DNA of 64,000 nucleotides from an uncultured Micavibrio sp. (GTDB lineage Bacteria; Pseudomonadota; Alphaproteobacteria; Micavibrionales; UBA2020): NCBI GenBank assembly GCA_964551435.1, contig CAZKBS010000001.1, positions 143,565 to 207,564 of the forward strand, read 5' to 3'. Shown piece by piece: positions 57,043 to 64,000 of this stretch (position 1 is its first letter; each line of letters starts with the position of its first letter). The notes under the pieces were generated by a model. It saw only the letters and a program-made list of their open reading frames with translations, ran no database searches and was not told where the DNA came from. The position numbers and the translations under genes were made by a program.

Positions 57043-57663
57043 ATGAAAACACGGGATAAAATTCTTTGTCTGGACCTGCCCCCCGCCCTGACGGGTGCGC
57101 TCGCGGAAGCCTTCGGCCCGCAGACGGAGCTGTTATCCCCCGCCGCAGCGGGCGGGGCGGCAGATCTGGTTATTTTCCGCAGCGGCGATGCCTTGCCGCC
57201 GGAGACATCGCCCGCACTGCCGCGCCTTGGCATCGACGTCCAGCGTCCGCAGCGGCTGGGCGCACTGCTGCGGCGCTGCCGCCAGATGATGGAAAGCCCG
57301 GCGTTTTATATCGACGATCTGCAAATCGGCGACGCGCTATTCCAGCCGCAGGAAAAAATCATCGCCGCGCCCGACGGCACGTCGGCCGCGCTGACGGACA
57401 AGGAAGTGGACATTCTGCTCTGCCTTGCGCGTCATGCCGGGCAAACCCTGCGGCGCGAAGACCTGCTGCACCGCGTCTGGCGTTACCAAAGCGGCGTCGA
57501 TACTCACACGCTGGAAACGCACGTTTACCGCCTGCGCCAGAAACTGTCGGGATTGGGGGGGCTTGAAAACCTGCTCGCCACCGACGAGGACGGCGGCTAC
57601 CGGCTGTCCTCATCTGTTACGGCAGCCACAGCCGCAGCGCTGGCCGCAGAAGGTGACGGCTGA
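57043..57663 (+). CDS. OmpR/PhoB-type winged-helix regulator with short, degenerate receiver-like N-domain
   Basis: C-terminal LTDKEVDILLCLARHAGQTLRREDLLHRVWRYQSGVDTHTLETHVYRLRQKL. The N-terminal 90 aa or so lack the DD pair and a clear acceptor Asp. Confidence 0.75.
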   Translation: MKTRDKILCLDLPPALTGALAEAFGPQTELLSPAAAGGAADLVIFRSGDALPPETSPALPRLGIDVQRPQRLGALLRRCRQMMESPAFYIDDLQIGDALFQPQEKIIAAPDGTSAALTDKEVDILLCLARHAGQTLRREDLLHRVWRYQSGVDTHTLETHVYRLRQKLSGLGGLENLLATDEDGGYRLSSSVTAATAAALAAEGDG

Positions 57664-58208
57664 GCGGCCGCGCGCGCCGCGCGGTAGGCGGCCAGAATAT
57701 CTTCTATCCTGCCCATCGCCTTGCGCGCCGCGCGGATATCCGCAACCACATGTTCGGTACCCGCCATATCCTGAAACCCCACAGGTTTGGTTTCGATGAC
57801 GATATCGGCCAGACGCAGCCGCCGCTGCAGTATCGTCTGGCGCAGGCGCACCGCGCTGATGCTGCGGTATGGCACGCGGATTTTATCGCGCAGCAGCGCG
57901 TTTTCGATGAAACAAAGATGATCGTCGTAAAACATATAGGCAACAGCGCGGCAATTCACCCAGGCCACACAAAACTGCGGCAGGATCACGATGCAAAAAA
58001 CCGCCACGCAGGCGAGGATATAGGAAACAAACACCGGCAGCCCCGCAAATCTCGCGCCAAGGCTGGCCGCTTCGGGCAGCAAAAACAACATCAGCAACAG
58101 ACTGACCGTCAGGCGTACCGGATGACGGTAAAGCTCCATCAGCGGATGGAAACGGCTGCGCAACCGCAGCCGCGGGACGGAAGGGGCAGGATCAGCCGCG
58201 CGGGGCAT
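57597..58208 (-). CDS. Membrane protein with bacterial PH (YdbS/DUF304-like) domain
   Basis: Two TM helices, then FYDDHLCFIENALLRDKIRVPYRSISAVRLRQTILQRRLRLADIVIET. The 3' end overlaps the convergent regulator gene by 67 nt. Start uncertain. Confidence 0.7.
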   Translation of the reverse strand: MPRAADPAPSVPRLRLRSRFHPLMELYRHPVRLTVSLLLMLFLLPEAASLGARFAGLPVFVSYILACVAVFCIVILPQFCVAWVNCRAVAYMFYDDHLCFIENALLRDKIRVPYRSISAVRLRQTILQRRLRLADIVIETKPVGFQDMAGTEHVVADIRAARKAMGRIEDILAAYRAARAAAQPSPSAASAAAVAAVTDEDSR

Positions 58209-58791
58209 CGCTTGCGGCAGCGGTGGCGGCTACCGCGCCGGCTGCGCGCGCCATGGCGCGATATTCGCTTTTCTCGATAAGGTCGAGGATACGCGGCAGC
58301 ACGTCCAGACGCTGCGGCACGTCATCGATTTTGACGCCGCTGAAGGCGCGCGGATGAAGGTTCATGCCCGGAACGGTAATCAGAATGCTCGTCAGCATAC
58401 GCTGGCTTTGCAGCGCACCACCCGCCTGCGTGACGTTGGACACATCACGGTAGCGCACGCGTTCGCGGCGCGGGCTGATCAGAAACTGATAGTACTGGCA
58501 ATCGAAGTAATCTTCGTAAAAGCGGAAGATGGTGCGGCTATAGGCTTTTTTCTTCAGCTCGAAAAACAGCGGCGGCAGCACGACCAGACTGGCAATCAGG
58601 AAAAAGCCGTAGACATAGCCCGCGCTGACAAAGCGGCCGAGGCCGATGAGATTGAGAAAGATATAAAACAGCGTACCGCCAATGATCGTCATCAGCAAAA
58701 AGCCGACGCTTGTAAAAATAAGCGCCTGCACGGTGACAAGACCCTGATCAAAATGCGGGCGGATGGTGAGCAGCGGCTGCTTTTTTTCCAT
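58192..58791 (-). CDS. Membrane protein with bacterial PH (YdbS-like) domain
   Basis: Two TM helices, then FRFYEDYFDCQYYQFLISPRRERVRYRDVSNVTQAGGALQSQRMLTSILITVPG. Confidence 0.7.
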   Translation of the reverse strand: MEKKQPLLTIRPHFDQGLVTVQALIFTSVGFLLMTIIGGTLFYIFLNLIGLGRFVSAGYVYGFFLIASLVVLPPLFFELKKKAYSRTIFRFYEDYFDCQYYQFLISPRRERVRYRDVSNVTQAGGALQSQRMLTSILITVPGMNLHPRAFSGVKIDDVPQRLDVLPRILDLIEKSEYRAMARAAGAVAATAAASDAPRG

Positions 58792-58825
58792 AGGAAAATA
58801 CCTTTATCGAATACGTGCCATTATC

Positions 58826-59368
58826 CTATGACGCTTTGCTTTTCTCAACCATATCTTTGATTCGCGCGAAGGGGTTTTCGTCGCTGCGCAGCCCACGCAA
58901 CGTCAGACATTGCGCCCGTCTGTCATAATACGGCATGGTGGCGAGTGCAGGCTCATGCGCGCGCAGCTGCAGGCGCACGGCGGTAAAGCCTGCGGCGCGG
59001 TCTTTATCGCTCAGGATATCGGCGGCGTCATCCACCGCGGCAATCTTGGCGTAATCAAGCGCGGCAAGCGTGCGCGGCGACGCGGCGCTGCCTTGCTGGA
59101 TTTCGATACGCCCGCCGTAAAGCGCGAAGCGCGTCAGCGCCGGGCTGCGTGCCAGCAGCGCAGGCAAAAAAACCGCCATTCCGAGATCAAGCACGGCAAC
59201 GCCAAGAAAAACAGCCGAAATCAGCGGATCTTTGTCGCCGGTCAGCAGCGGAAAAATAAACGCCATCGCCGCCACAAACAGCGCACCCAAAATCATGGCA
59301 AGGCGCAGCTTCCCCGCAAACGACGGCATGATTTTCGCATCGAAACTGAAAAGGGGGCTGGTGGTCAT
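58826..59368 (-). CDS. Membrane protein, two TM helices plus PH-like domain
   Basis: Same architecture as the two downstream genes (TRFALYGGRIEIQQG...FTAVRLQL). Confidence 0.6.
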   Translation of the reverse strand: MTTSPLFSFDAKIMPSFAGKLRLAMILGALFVAAMAFIFPLLTGDKDPLISAVFLGVAVLDLGMAVFLPALLARSPALTRFALYGGRIEIQQGSAASPRTLAALDYAKIAAVDDAADILSDKDRAAGFTAVRLQLRAHEPALATMPYYDRRAQCLTLRGLRSDENPFARIKDMVEKSKAS

Positions 59369-59401
59369 CGCTTTCTCCTGTTTGTCTGCGGCGCGCGGGA
59401 T

Positions 59402-59989
59402 TTATAAGCCGCCGCGCGGATTATCGGGTCTTTGCACCGGCGCGGCAAGCGCAATATCCAGCGCGCGGCACTGCTGGCGCAGGGCATCGTAAATCGTATA
59501 CCCCTCCGCCACGCGGATGCTGCGCACACCGGCTTTTTCCAGCGCCGCCAGCATGTAGAAAATATCGGCGCCGGCCGCACTTTCTGTAGCGGCGGCGGGG
59601 GCGCTGCGGGCACGTTCGGAAAGTTCGGTGCGCATGCCCTGCCCCACGGGTCCGACCGGAAGCGGCGCGGCTGCCGCCGCCCGTTGATAGGCCAGCAGCG
59701 CGGCAGGCACTGCCGCCGCAGATGTTGCAGCCGCCGGCTCATCGGGCACACGGCCGCTCAGCAGCGATTGCAGGGCGGCGACGGTCAGCTCCAGACTATC
59801 GGGGGCAAAGGTTGCATCTGCCGCAGGCGGATCAGTCGGCGCGTCATCGGCGGGCGCAGGCGGCGGGGCGGCAAATGGCGGTTTTCCCTGTTCTTCGCCG
59901 CTGCGCGCGGCAGCAGGCACACCGGCGGCGGGGGCTATATCACGGCGCAGGTTGACGGGTCTGAAAAAGTCGCCGGCCCCTGCGAACAT
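59402..59989 (-). CDS. Ala/Pro-rich hypothetical protein
   Basis: Same-strand operon position. Low-complexity A/P-rich first half and a structured C-terminal region of about 60 aa. Confidence 0.5.
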   Translation of the reverse strand: MFAGAGDFFRPVNLRRDIAPAAGVPAAARSGEEQGKPPFAAPPPAPADDAPTDPPAADATFAPDSLELTVAALQSLLSGRVPDEPAAATSAAAVPAALLAYQRAAAAAPLPVGPVGQGMRTELSERARSAPAAATESAAGADIFYMLAALEKAGVRSIRVAEGYTIYDALRQQCRALDIALAAPVQRPDNPRGGL

Positions 59990-59995
59990 GACGGC

Positions 59996-60760
59996 TTATT
60001 TCTTACCCTGCTGGAGATTGATGATGCTGTTACGGCTTTTTTCCGCGCGGCCGATGCCGTTGCGAGACCACAGCACACGGTCGGAATGCGAACCGTAGAG
60101 AGAGATGCTCACCACCTCGCCGCCCAGCAGGCGGTATTTTTTGCCTTGCAGTTCGATCGGCGTTTTATCGGCGAATTTCGGTTCGACTTCGATCACCACG
60201 TTGATTTTTTTGCTTTGCGACGACAGCGCCCTGATAATCAGCTCGGCGTCTTGCTTTTCGATCCCGATCCATTGGTAATCCATCAGCTTCGGAATCACGA
60301 GCGCATAGTTTTGTCCGGCAAAGCTGTAGGCAAAAAACGTTTCGTTTGTGAAACTTTCGATGATAAAGCCCTTGTTCAGCTCGCTATAGGGCGACAGCTG
60401 CACGCGCGCGCCCACAACCAGCGCATCGGGCTTGGTATAAAGCTTGAACTTCTGGATGTATTCCTTGCGCTTTTCCTCCAGCACTTTCTGGCGGTCGAAA
60501 TCGTTTGATGCCTGATATTCTTTTGTATACTTCGCCCATTCGGCCGGATCCGGCGCATCGGCGGACAGCACATGCTGGGTGATGGCGATTTCCTCCGCCG
60601 TTGACAGGCGCGGGCGATATTCCGCGCCTGTGGTTCCCGTCGCCCATTGTGCGGCCGACGGCGATGATGCCACAAGGGCGCCTGCCATCATCACAGCCAC
60701 AACCGCAGCAGCGGCAAAACGGCGCAGGGGGGAGTGGAAAAATCTTTGATGCGATGTCAC
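59996..60760 (-). CDS. Secreted hypothetical protein (first gene of the PH-domain operon)
   Basis: Signal-like AAAVVAVMMAGALVASSPSAAQWA. Visibly less GC-rich than its neighbours. It may be DUF4852-like (NDFDRQK segment), which is unverified. Confidence 0.65.
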   Translation of the reverse strand: MTSHQRFFHSPLRRFAAAAVVAVMMAGALVASSPSAAQWATGTTGAEYRPRLSTAEEIAITQHVLSADAPDPAEWAKYTKEYQASNDFDRQKVLEEKRKEYIQKFKLYTKPDALVVGARVQLSPYSELNKGFIIESFTNETFFAYSFAGQNYALVIPKLMDYQWIGIEKQDAELIIRALSSQSKKINVVIEVEPKFADKTPIELQGKKYRLLGGEVVSISLYGSHSDRVLWSRNGIGRAEKSRNSIINLQQGKK

Positions 60761-60877
60761 GTCGGTTGTCCTCTCTCGTCAGGGGCCGCGGCGGCAGGTT
60801 TTCGCGCAGGCCGCTTTCACCTTTTATAGGCATAGTATAACATAGCAGCGGTTAAGATTTTTGAACAGCGCAAGGCG

Positions 60878-61432
60878 ATGAAAAAAGACCGTAAATCAGG
60901 AACTTCGGATGAAGATCGCGCGTTATGGCAGCGCGTGACCAAATCCGTGCACGCCTATGAAAAACCCAAAGCAGACGCCGCCCGCACCGCGAAACCCGCC
61001 GCCAAAAAATCCACTGCCAAACACGCCGCGCCGAAAGAGCCCGCCACCCCCATGCCTGCCGCCAAACGCAGCGCGGGCGTGATTGTGACACCAGCGCCGC
61101 GCCAGCCGCTGGCAGATGACGGCACGGCCAAAAGCTTGCGGCGCAAAAAATGGACGATTGAAAAAACCCTCGACCTGCACGGCATGACGCAGGCGGCGGC
61201 ACATCAGGCGCTGCTGCGTTTTATCGCCGCGGCGGAACGCAAAGAGGCGCGCACGCTTTTGGTTATCACCGGTAAAGGCAGCCGCCTTGCGGAGGGTGGT
61301 GTTTTGCGGCGTCTGTTGCCGTTATGGCTGGAAGAGCCGCCGCTACGCGCCAAGGTTCTGGCCGCAACCCCCGCACGTATCGAAGACGGCGGCGACGGCG
61401 CGTTTTACATCCGCCTGCGTAAAAAGAAATAG
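60878..61432 (+). CDS. Smr-domain protein
   Basis: Motif LDLHGMTQAAAHQALLRFI...TLLVITGKG. Confidence 0.85.
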   Translation: MKKDRKSGTSDEDRALWQRVTKSVHAYEKPKADAARTAKPAAKKSTAKHAAPKEPATPMPAAKRSAGVIVTPAPRQPLADDGTAKSLRRKKWTIEKTLDLHGMTQAAAHQALLRFIAAAERKEARTLLVITGKGSRLAEGGVLRRLLPLWLEEPPLRAKVLAATPARIEDGGDGAFYIRLRKKK

Positions 61433-61445
61433 GCGCGCTGGCGCA

Positions 61446-62486
61446 TCAGGGCCGCGGCGGTTTGCGCGCTGGCTTTGGCGCCAGACGAAAACTGTCCGCC
61501 GTTTCCTGCAGCATCAGATGGTCAATCGCATTCAAAAGACTGTCGATATCCACATCCGCGCGGTGTGCCGCGGGCAGATGCTGCGCATGCAGCGCCGCCG
61601 CTTCGTCACGGCGCCCGCGCCAAAGACGCGCATCAAACACCCGCTCCAGCTGCTGCGTCTGGGCGAGCAGTAGCAAAACCGTCTGCCCCGCAGGGGTTTT
61701 CTGCATCAGATCTTCGGTTGTGATTTTCTCGCCCGCGTTTAGAAACGCATCGCGCACGATATCGAAATGTCCGGCCTTGGCCGCCAGATGCAGCCCCGTC
61801 TGCCCGCCATAAAGCGGCTGCGGCGCGCGCAGGGCGGCCACGTTCATGCCTTCGAAGAATTCACGTTTTTGCACCGCGCCGCTGTCGCCGCTGCGAATGG
61901 CATCGGCCACGGTTTTCATGCCAAGGCTGATCGCCCAGTCGAGCGCGTTCATATCGCGGTGATACACCGCAGGATCGGCGCCGTATTGCAGCATCATGAG
62001 CGCCGGTTCGGCATGGCCATGCGCGATGGTGATGCACAGATAATTGCCGAGCCCCGCGCGCGGGTTTGCGCCCGCGGCCAGCAGTTCGCGCATCACATCC
62101 GCATCGCCGCGCGGAATGGCATTGAGCAGGCACACGGAATCGTCATGCGCCGCATTCGCCCCGCGCGCCAGAAAATCGCGCACCAGTTTGATATCGCCCT
62201 TGGCGGCGGCTTCGGACAGGCTGTCGTCCAGCACCGCCTGCGTGAGCGTGATGCCGCGCGCAAGCAAAAGGTCGATGACGGCATGCTGGCTTTGCGATAC
62301 CGCGTTCAGCAGCACACGGCCCTCCCTGAAGTTGATATCGACACCCATATCGAGCAAGGTTTCGACCCGCCAGACCTCGCCCGTGCGCGCAGCCTTGCAC
62401 AGCGCATCGCCGAGCTGTCCGGCGTTCTGCGAACGCACGTGCATCAACCACTTTTCATCATCGTCATCGATATCGGTCACGGACAT
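61446..62486 (-). CDS. Ankyrin-repeat protein
   Basis: Repeats include ALCKAARTGEVWRVETLLDMGVDINF, AAAKGDIKLVRDFLARGANAAHDD, PRGDADVMRELLAAGANP and GQTGLHLAAKAGHFDIV. Tail is LAPKPARKPPRP. Confidence 0.85.
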   Translation of the reverse strand: MSVTDIDDDDEKWLMHVRSQNAGQLGDALCKAARTGEVWRVETLLDMGVDINFREGRVLLNAVSQSQHAVIDLLLARGITLTQAVLDDSLSEAAAKGDIKLVRDFLARGANAAHDDSVCLLNAIPRGDADVMRELLAAGANPRAGLGNYLCITIAHGHAEPALMMLQYGADPAVYHRDMNALDWAISLGMKTVADAIRSGDSGAVQKREFFEGMNVAALRAPQPLYGGQTGLHLAAKAGHFDIVRDAFLNAGEKITTEDLMQKTPAGQTVLLLLAQTQQLERVFDARLWRGRRDEAAALHAQHLPAAHRADVDIDSLLNAIDHLMLQETADSFRLAPKPARKPPRP

Positions 62487-62766
62487 CGGGCTTTCCCTCG
62501 CGCCTTTGCGGGTGATTCTGCCGCCGATATCCCCGCCGCGTACGAAATACCCCCGAAAACGGGTGTACGCCTGTGCGCGCGGCGAAAAAGCGGCAAAGTC
62601 AAAGGTTAACGGCGCGTACGCCGCATGTTTTACGAAACATTGCCTTTATAAGGGGTTAGATGCGCGGGGTCAATCCATAGGGGGTTTTTGCGGGCGGGAA
62701 AATTAAGTCAATCTTAACACATCCCTGATAACAAAGAAGAAAATGGCCCGCGCCGCATGGTTTTTG

Positions 62767-62795
62767 TTGAATACCGCTAAAGTTTTATGTAATAT
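62767..62795 (+). promoter_or_regulatory. Sigma70-like promoter candidate for the 47-aa ORF
   Basis: TTGAAT (62767..62772), exactly 17 nt, TAATAT (62790..62795). Confidence 0.45.
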
Positions 62796-62813
62796 AAAAA
62801 TATGGAGAGAGAT

Positions 62814-62957
62814 ATGACGCATAAAGAGCACTTCGACTCCAAAGCCAGCCGCCCCGCCGCATCCGATGCGGCCCTTCCGCAGGCTGCCGTCCAGGTACAG
62901 GAGAATGGCATCAAGGTCGTCCATCATGGCGGCCCCGGCTTTATGCGTCCGCAGTAA
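62814..62957 (+). CDS. Small ORF (47 aa) in a self-contained transcription unit
   Basis: GGAGAG RBS lies 4 nt before the ATG. Product is MTHKEHFDSKASRPAASDAALPQAAVQVQENGIKVVHHGGPGFMRPQ. Flanked by a promoter candidate and a terminator. Confidence 0.45.
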   Translation: MTHKEHFDSKASRPAASDAALPQAAVQVQENGIKVVHHGGPGFMRPQ

Positions 62958-63004
62958 TTCTGCGACATCTTCAGCGAGTTTATTGTTGTGAGCCCCTTCC
63001 TTCC

Positions 63005-63037
63005 AAACCCGGCTTTTACCAGCCGGGTTCATTTTTT
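63005..63037 (+). terminator. Intrinsic terminator
   Basis: AAACCCGGCT, loop TTTACC, AGCCGGGTT(C), then ATTTTTT. Confidence 0.75.
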
Positions 63038-63161
63038 CCGGCTCATGTATTCTGTATATTTGTGGATAATTCTTGGCGCGACGCCCCACTTTGTGGTTTG
63101 ATAGGAACTGCAAACGGCGGCCCTCGGGGTGTGTTCGCTCAGGGTTTCAGGGAGTTCTTCC

Positions 63162-64000
63162 ATGTCTCGTTTGCCGGCACGCCTCACGCCGTTCTTTTTT
63201 GACTCAAGCCAACCGCCTGTACCGCCGGATCAAACGCCGCCCGCACCTCCTATAAATAATCGCGGCGACTGGACGGAACCCCACCCCGAAGGCTGGGCCC
63301 GTAAAACGGTAGCGGTGAATTTTATCGGAACGGTCGTTCACGAACGGCCGGATCCTTTCGCGACCGAAGAACAAAAACAAAAACGCCAGCACAAGCTCGA
63401 CAAAATCGCCGCGCGCAACGAACGCGTGCTGAACGAGGCGCTGTTCATCCTGTCGCAAAGCCCGACCGGCCGCGACGTGCTCGAACAAATGACCAAAGAA
63501 GGCTACCGCATTGTGTTCGACGACAAGCGCACGGGCGATCGCGGCGCGGGCGGACTTTGCGATCCATCCGACAAAACCATCATTCTGCGCGGGCATGACA
63601 ATCCGGCGTATCTGGCGCTGCTCATCGGGCACGAAGCGGTGCATGCGGTGCAAAACACCCGGCATGATTTGTTTCCCTCGACGCGGCACAAACCGGAAGT
63701 GGGCATCAAACTGTCCTTCGCCATCGAAGCCGACGCCTATGCGCAGCAATCGCAAATCGCGCTGGAGCTGGCCTATGGCGACCCCGACGGCCCCGCCGAC
63801 CAGATTAAATTCGAAGAGCCGCTGAAGCAGATGCGCCAGCGTTTTCCCGACATCATGCGCGCGGCGGAGCGTGTCATGACCCATGCCGAAAACATGAAAA
63901 ACGGCGCCAGCGTCGCGGCGGCATTCGAAGCCTTCTACGGCAATTTTCATTTACGTACATTCTACGAAGACGCGCATACCGAATGGGCGGAAACCTACGC
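63162..64000 (+). CDS. HExxHxxQ metalloprotease-like protein (paralog family member 3), 3'-partial at window edge
   Basis: Not in the ORF track because it runs off the end. GGGAG RBS with a 7-nt spacer. HEAVHAVQN begins at 63630, with IEADA 26 aa after the second His. Shares the GRD(V/M)L...G(Y/I)xIV(F/Y)DD block with the 32567 gene. Confidence 0.7.
   Translation, partial: MSRLPARLTPFFFDSSQPPVPPDQTPPAPPINNRGDWTEPHPEGWARKTVAVNFIGTVVHERPDPFATEEQKQKRQHKLDKIAARNERVLNEALFILSQSPTGRDVLEQMTKEGYRIVFDDKRTGDRGAGGLCDPSDKTIILRGHDNPAYLALLIGHEAVHAVQNTRHDLFPSTRHKPEVGIKLSFAIEADAYAQQSQIALELAYGDPDGPADQIKFEEPLKQMRQRFPDIMRAAERVMTHAENMKNGASVAAAFEAFYGNFHLRTFYEDAHTEWAETY

Noticed and set aside
62703-63113. 136-aa minus-strand ORF, initially suspected to be a transposase/integrase fragment
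   Set aside because: It has no recombinase or transposase motifs. It reads through a strong plus-strand terminator hairpin and an AT-rich promoter, and its C-terminal half is non-protein-like. The plus-strand 47-aa unit explains the region better.
63204-63950. 248-aa minus-strand ORF at the window end
   Set aside because: It is antisense to the partial HExxH paralog, which has an RBS and family-conserved motifs.
1-64000. Scan for tRNA, rRNA, CRISPR arrays, IS elements and integrases
   Set aside because: I saw no T-loop-like GTTCRAATC contexts, no regularly spaced direct repeats and no transposase or recombinase motifs. This negative result is by eye only and should be confirmed with tRNAscan-SE, Infernal, CRISPR finders and ISfinder.

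Overview
High-GC bacterial chromosomal window with about 65 protein-coding genes. I found no rRNA, tRNA, CRISPR array or recognisable IS/transposase by eye. The housekeeping backbone looks alphaproteobacterial: tsaD-gpsA lies divergent from hemC, followed by hemD, a Mic60-like region and a hemY-like gene. Also present are acs, a class-III aminotransferase, an amidase, a GT9 glycosyltransferase, a rhomboid, lemA plus an M48 peptidase, and HIT, OsmC, GNAT, nitroreductase, EVE and Smr genes. Interleaved with this is an unusually dense accessory layer that suggests a host-associated or intracellular lifestyle. It includes nine clear ankyrin-repeat genes, four Gly/Ala-rich multi-lobed hydrophobic membrane proteins that resemble Inc proteins, and three paralogous HExxHxxQ...EA(D/A)A metalloprotease-like proteins. 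It also includes a eukaryotic-type CX5R phosphatase and a ClpA/ClpB-family double-AAA+ ATPase with an unrecognisable 270-aa N-domain. The most interesting signal is a short C-terminal tail, PAN(D/S).. then AP(R/Q)(R/K)..GGP. It is shared at peptide level, with different codons, by proteins of unrelated folds: the Clp-like ATPase, a HAD hydrolase, a 509-aa ankyrin protein, Inc-like proteins and a small membrane protein. Looser basic Pro/Gly tails occur on many other accessory proteins. This is a candidate export or targeting signal, for example for type IV secretion. Other notable items are an open-reading-frame fusion of HemD with an alphaproteobacterial Mic60-like protein, a translationally coupled trypsin-like protease and FHA membrane protein pair, a five-gene operon with three membrane PH-domain proteins, tandem secreted proteins with (A/G)Y(D/E)GL repeats, and a cI-like repressor switch remnant whose S24 domain appears to lack the catalytic Lys. 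All functional calls rest on motifs read by eye. No database search was run.
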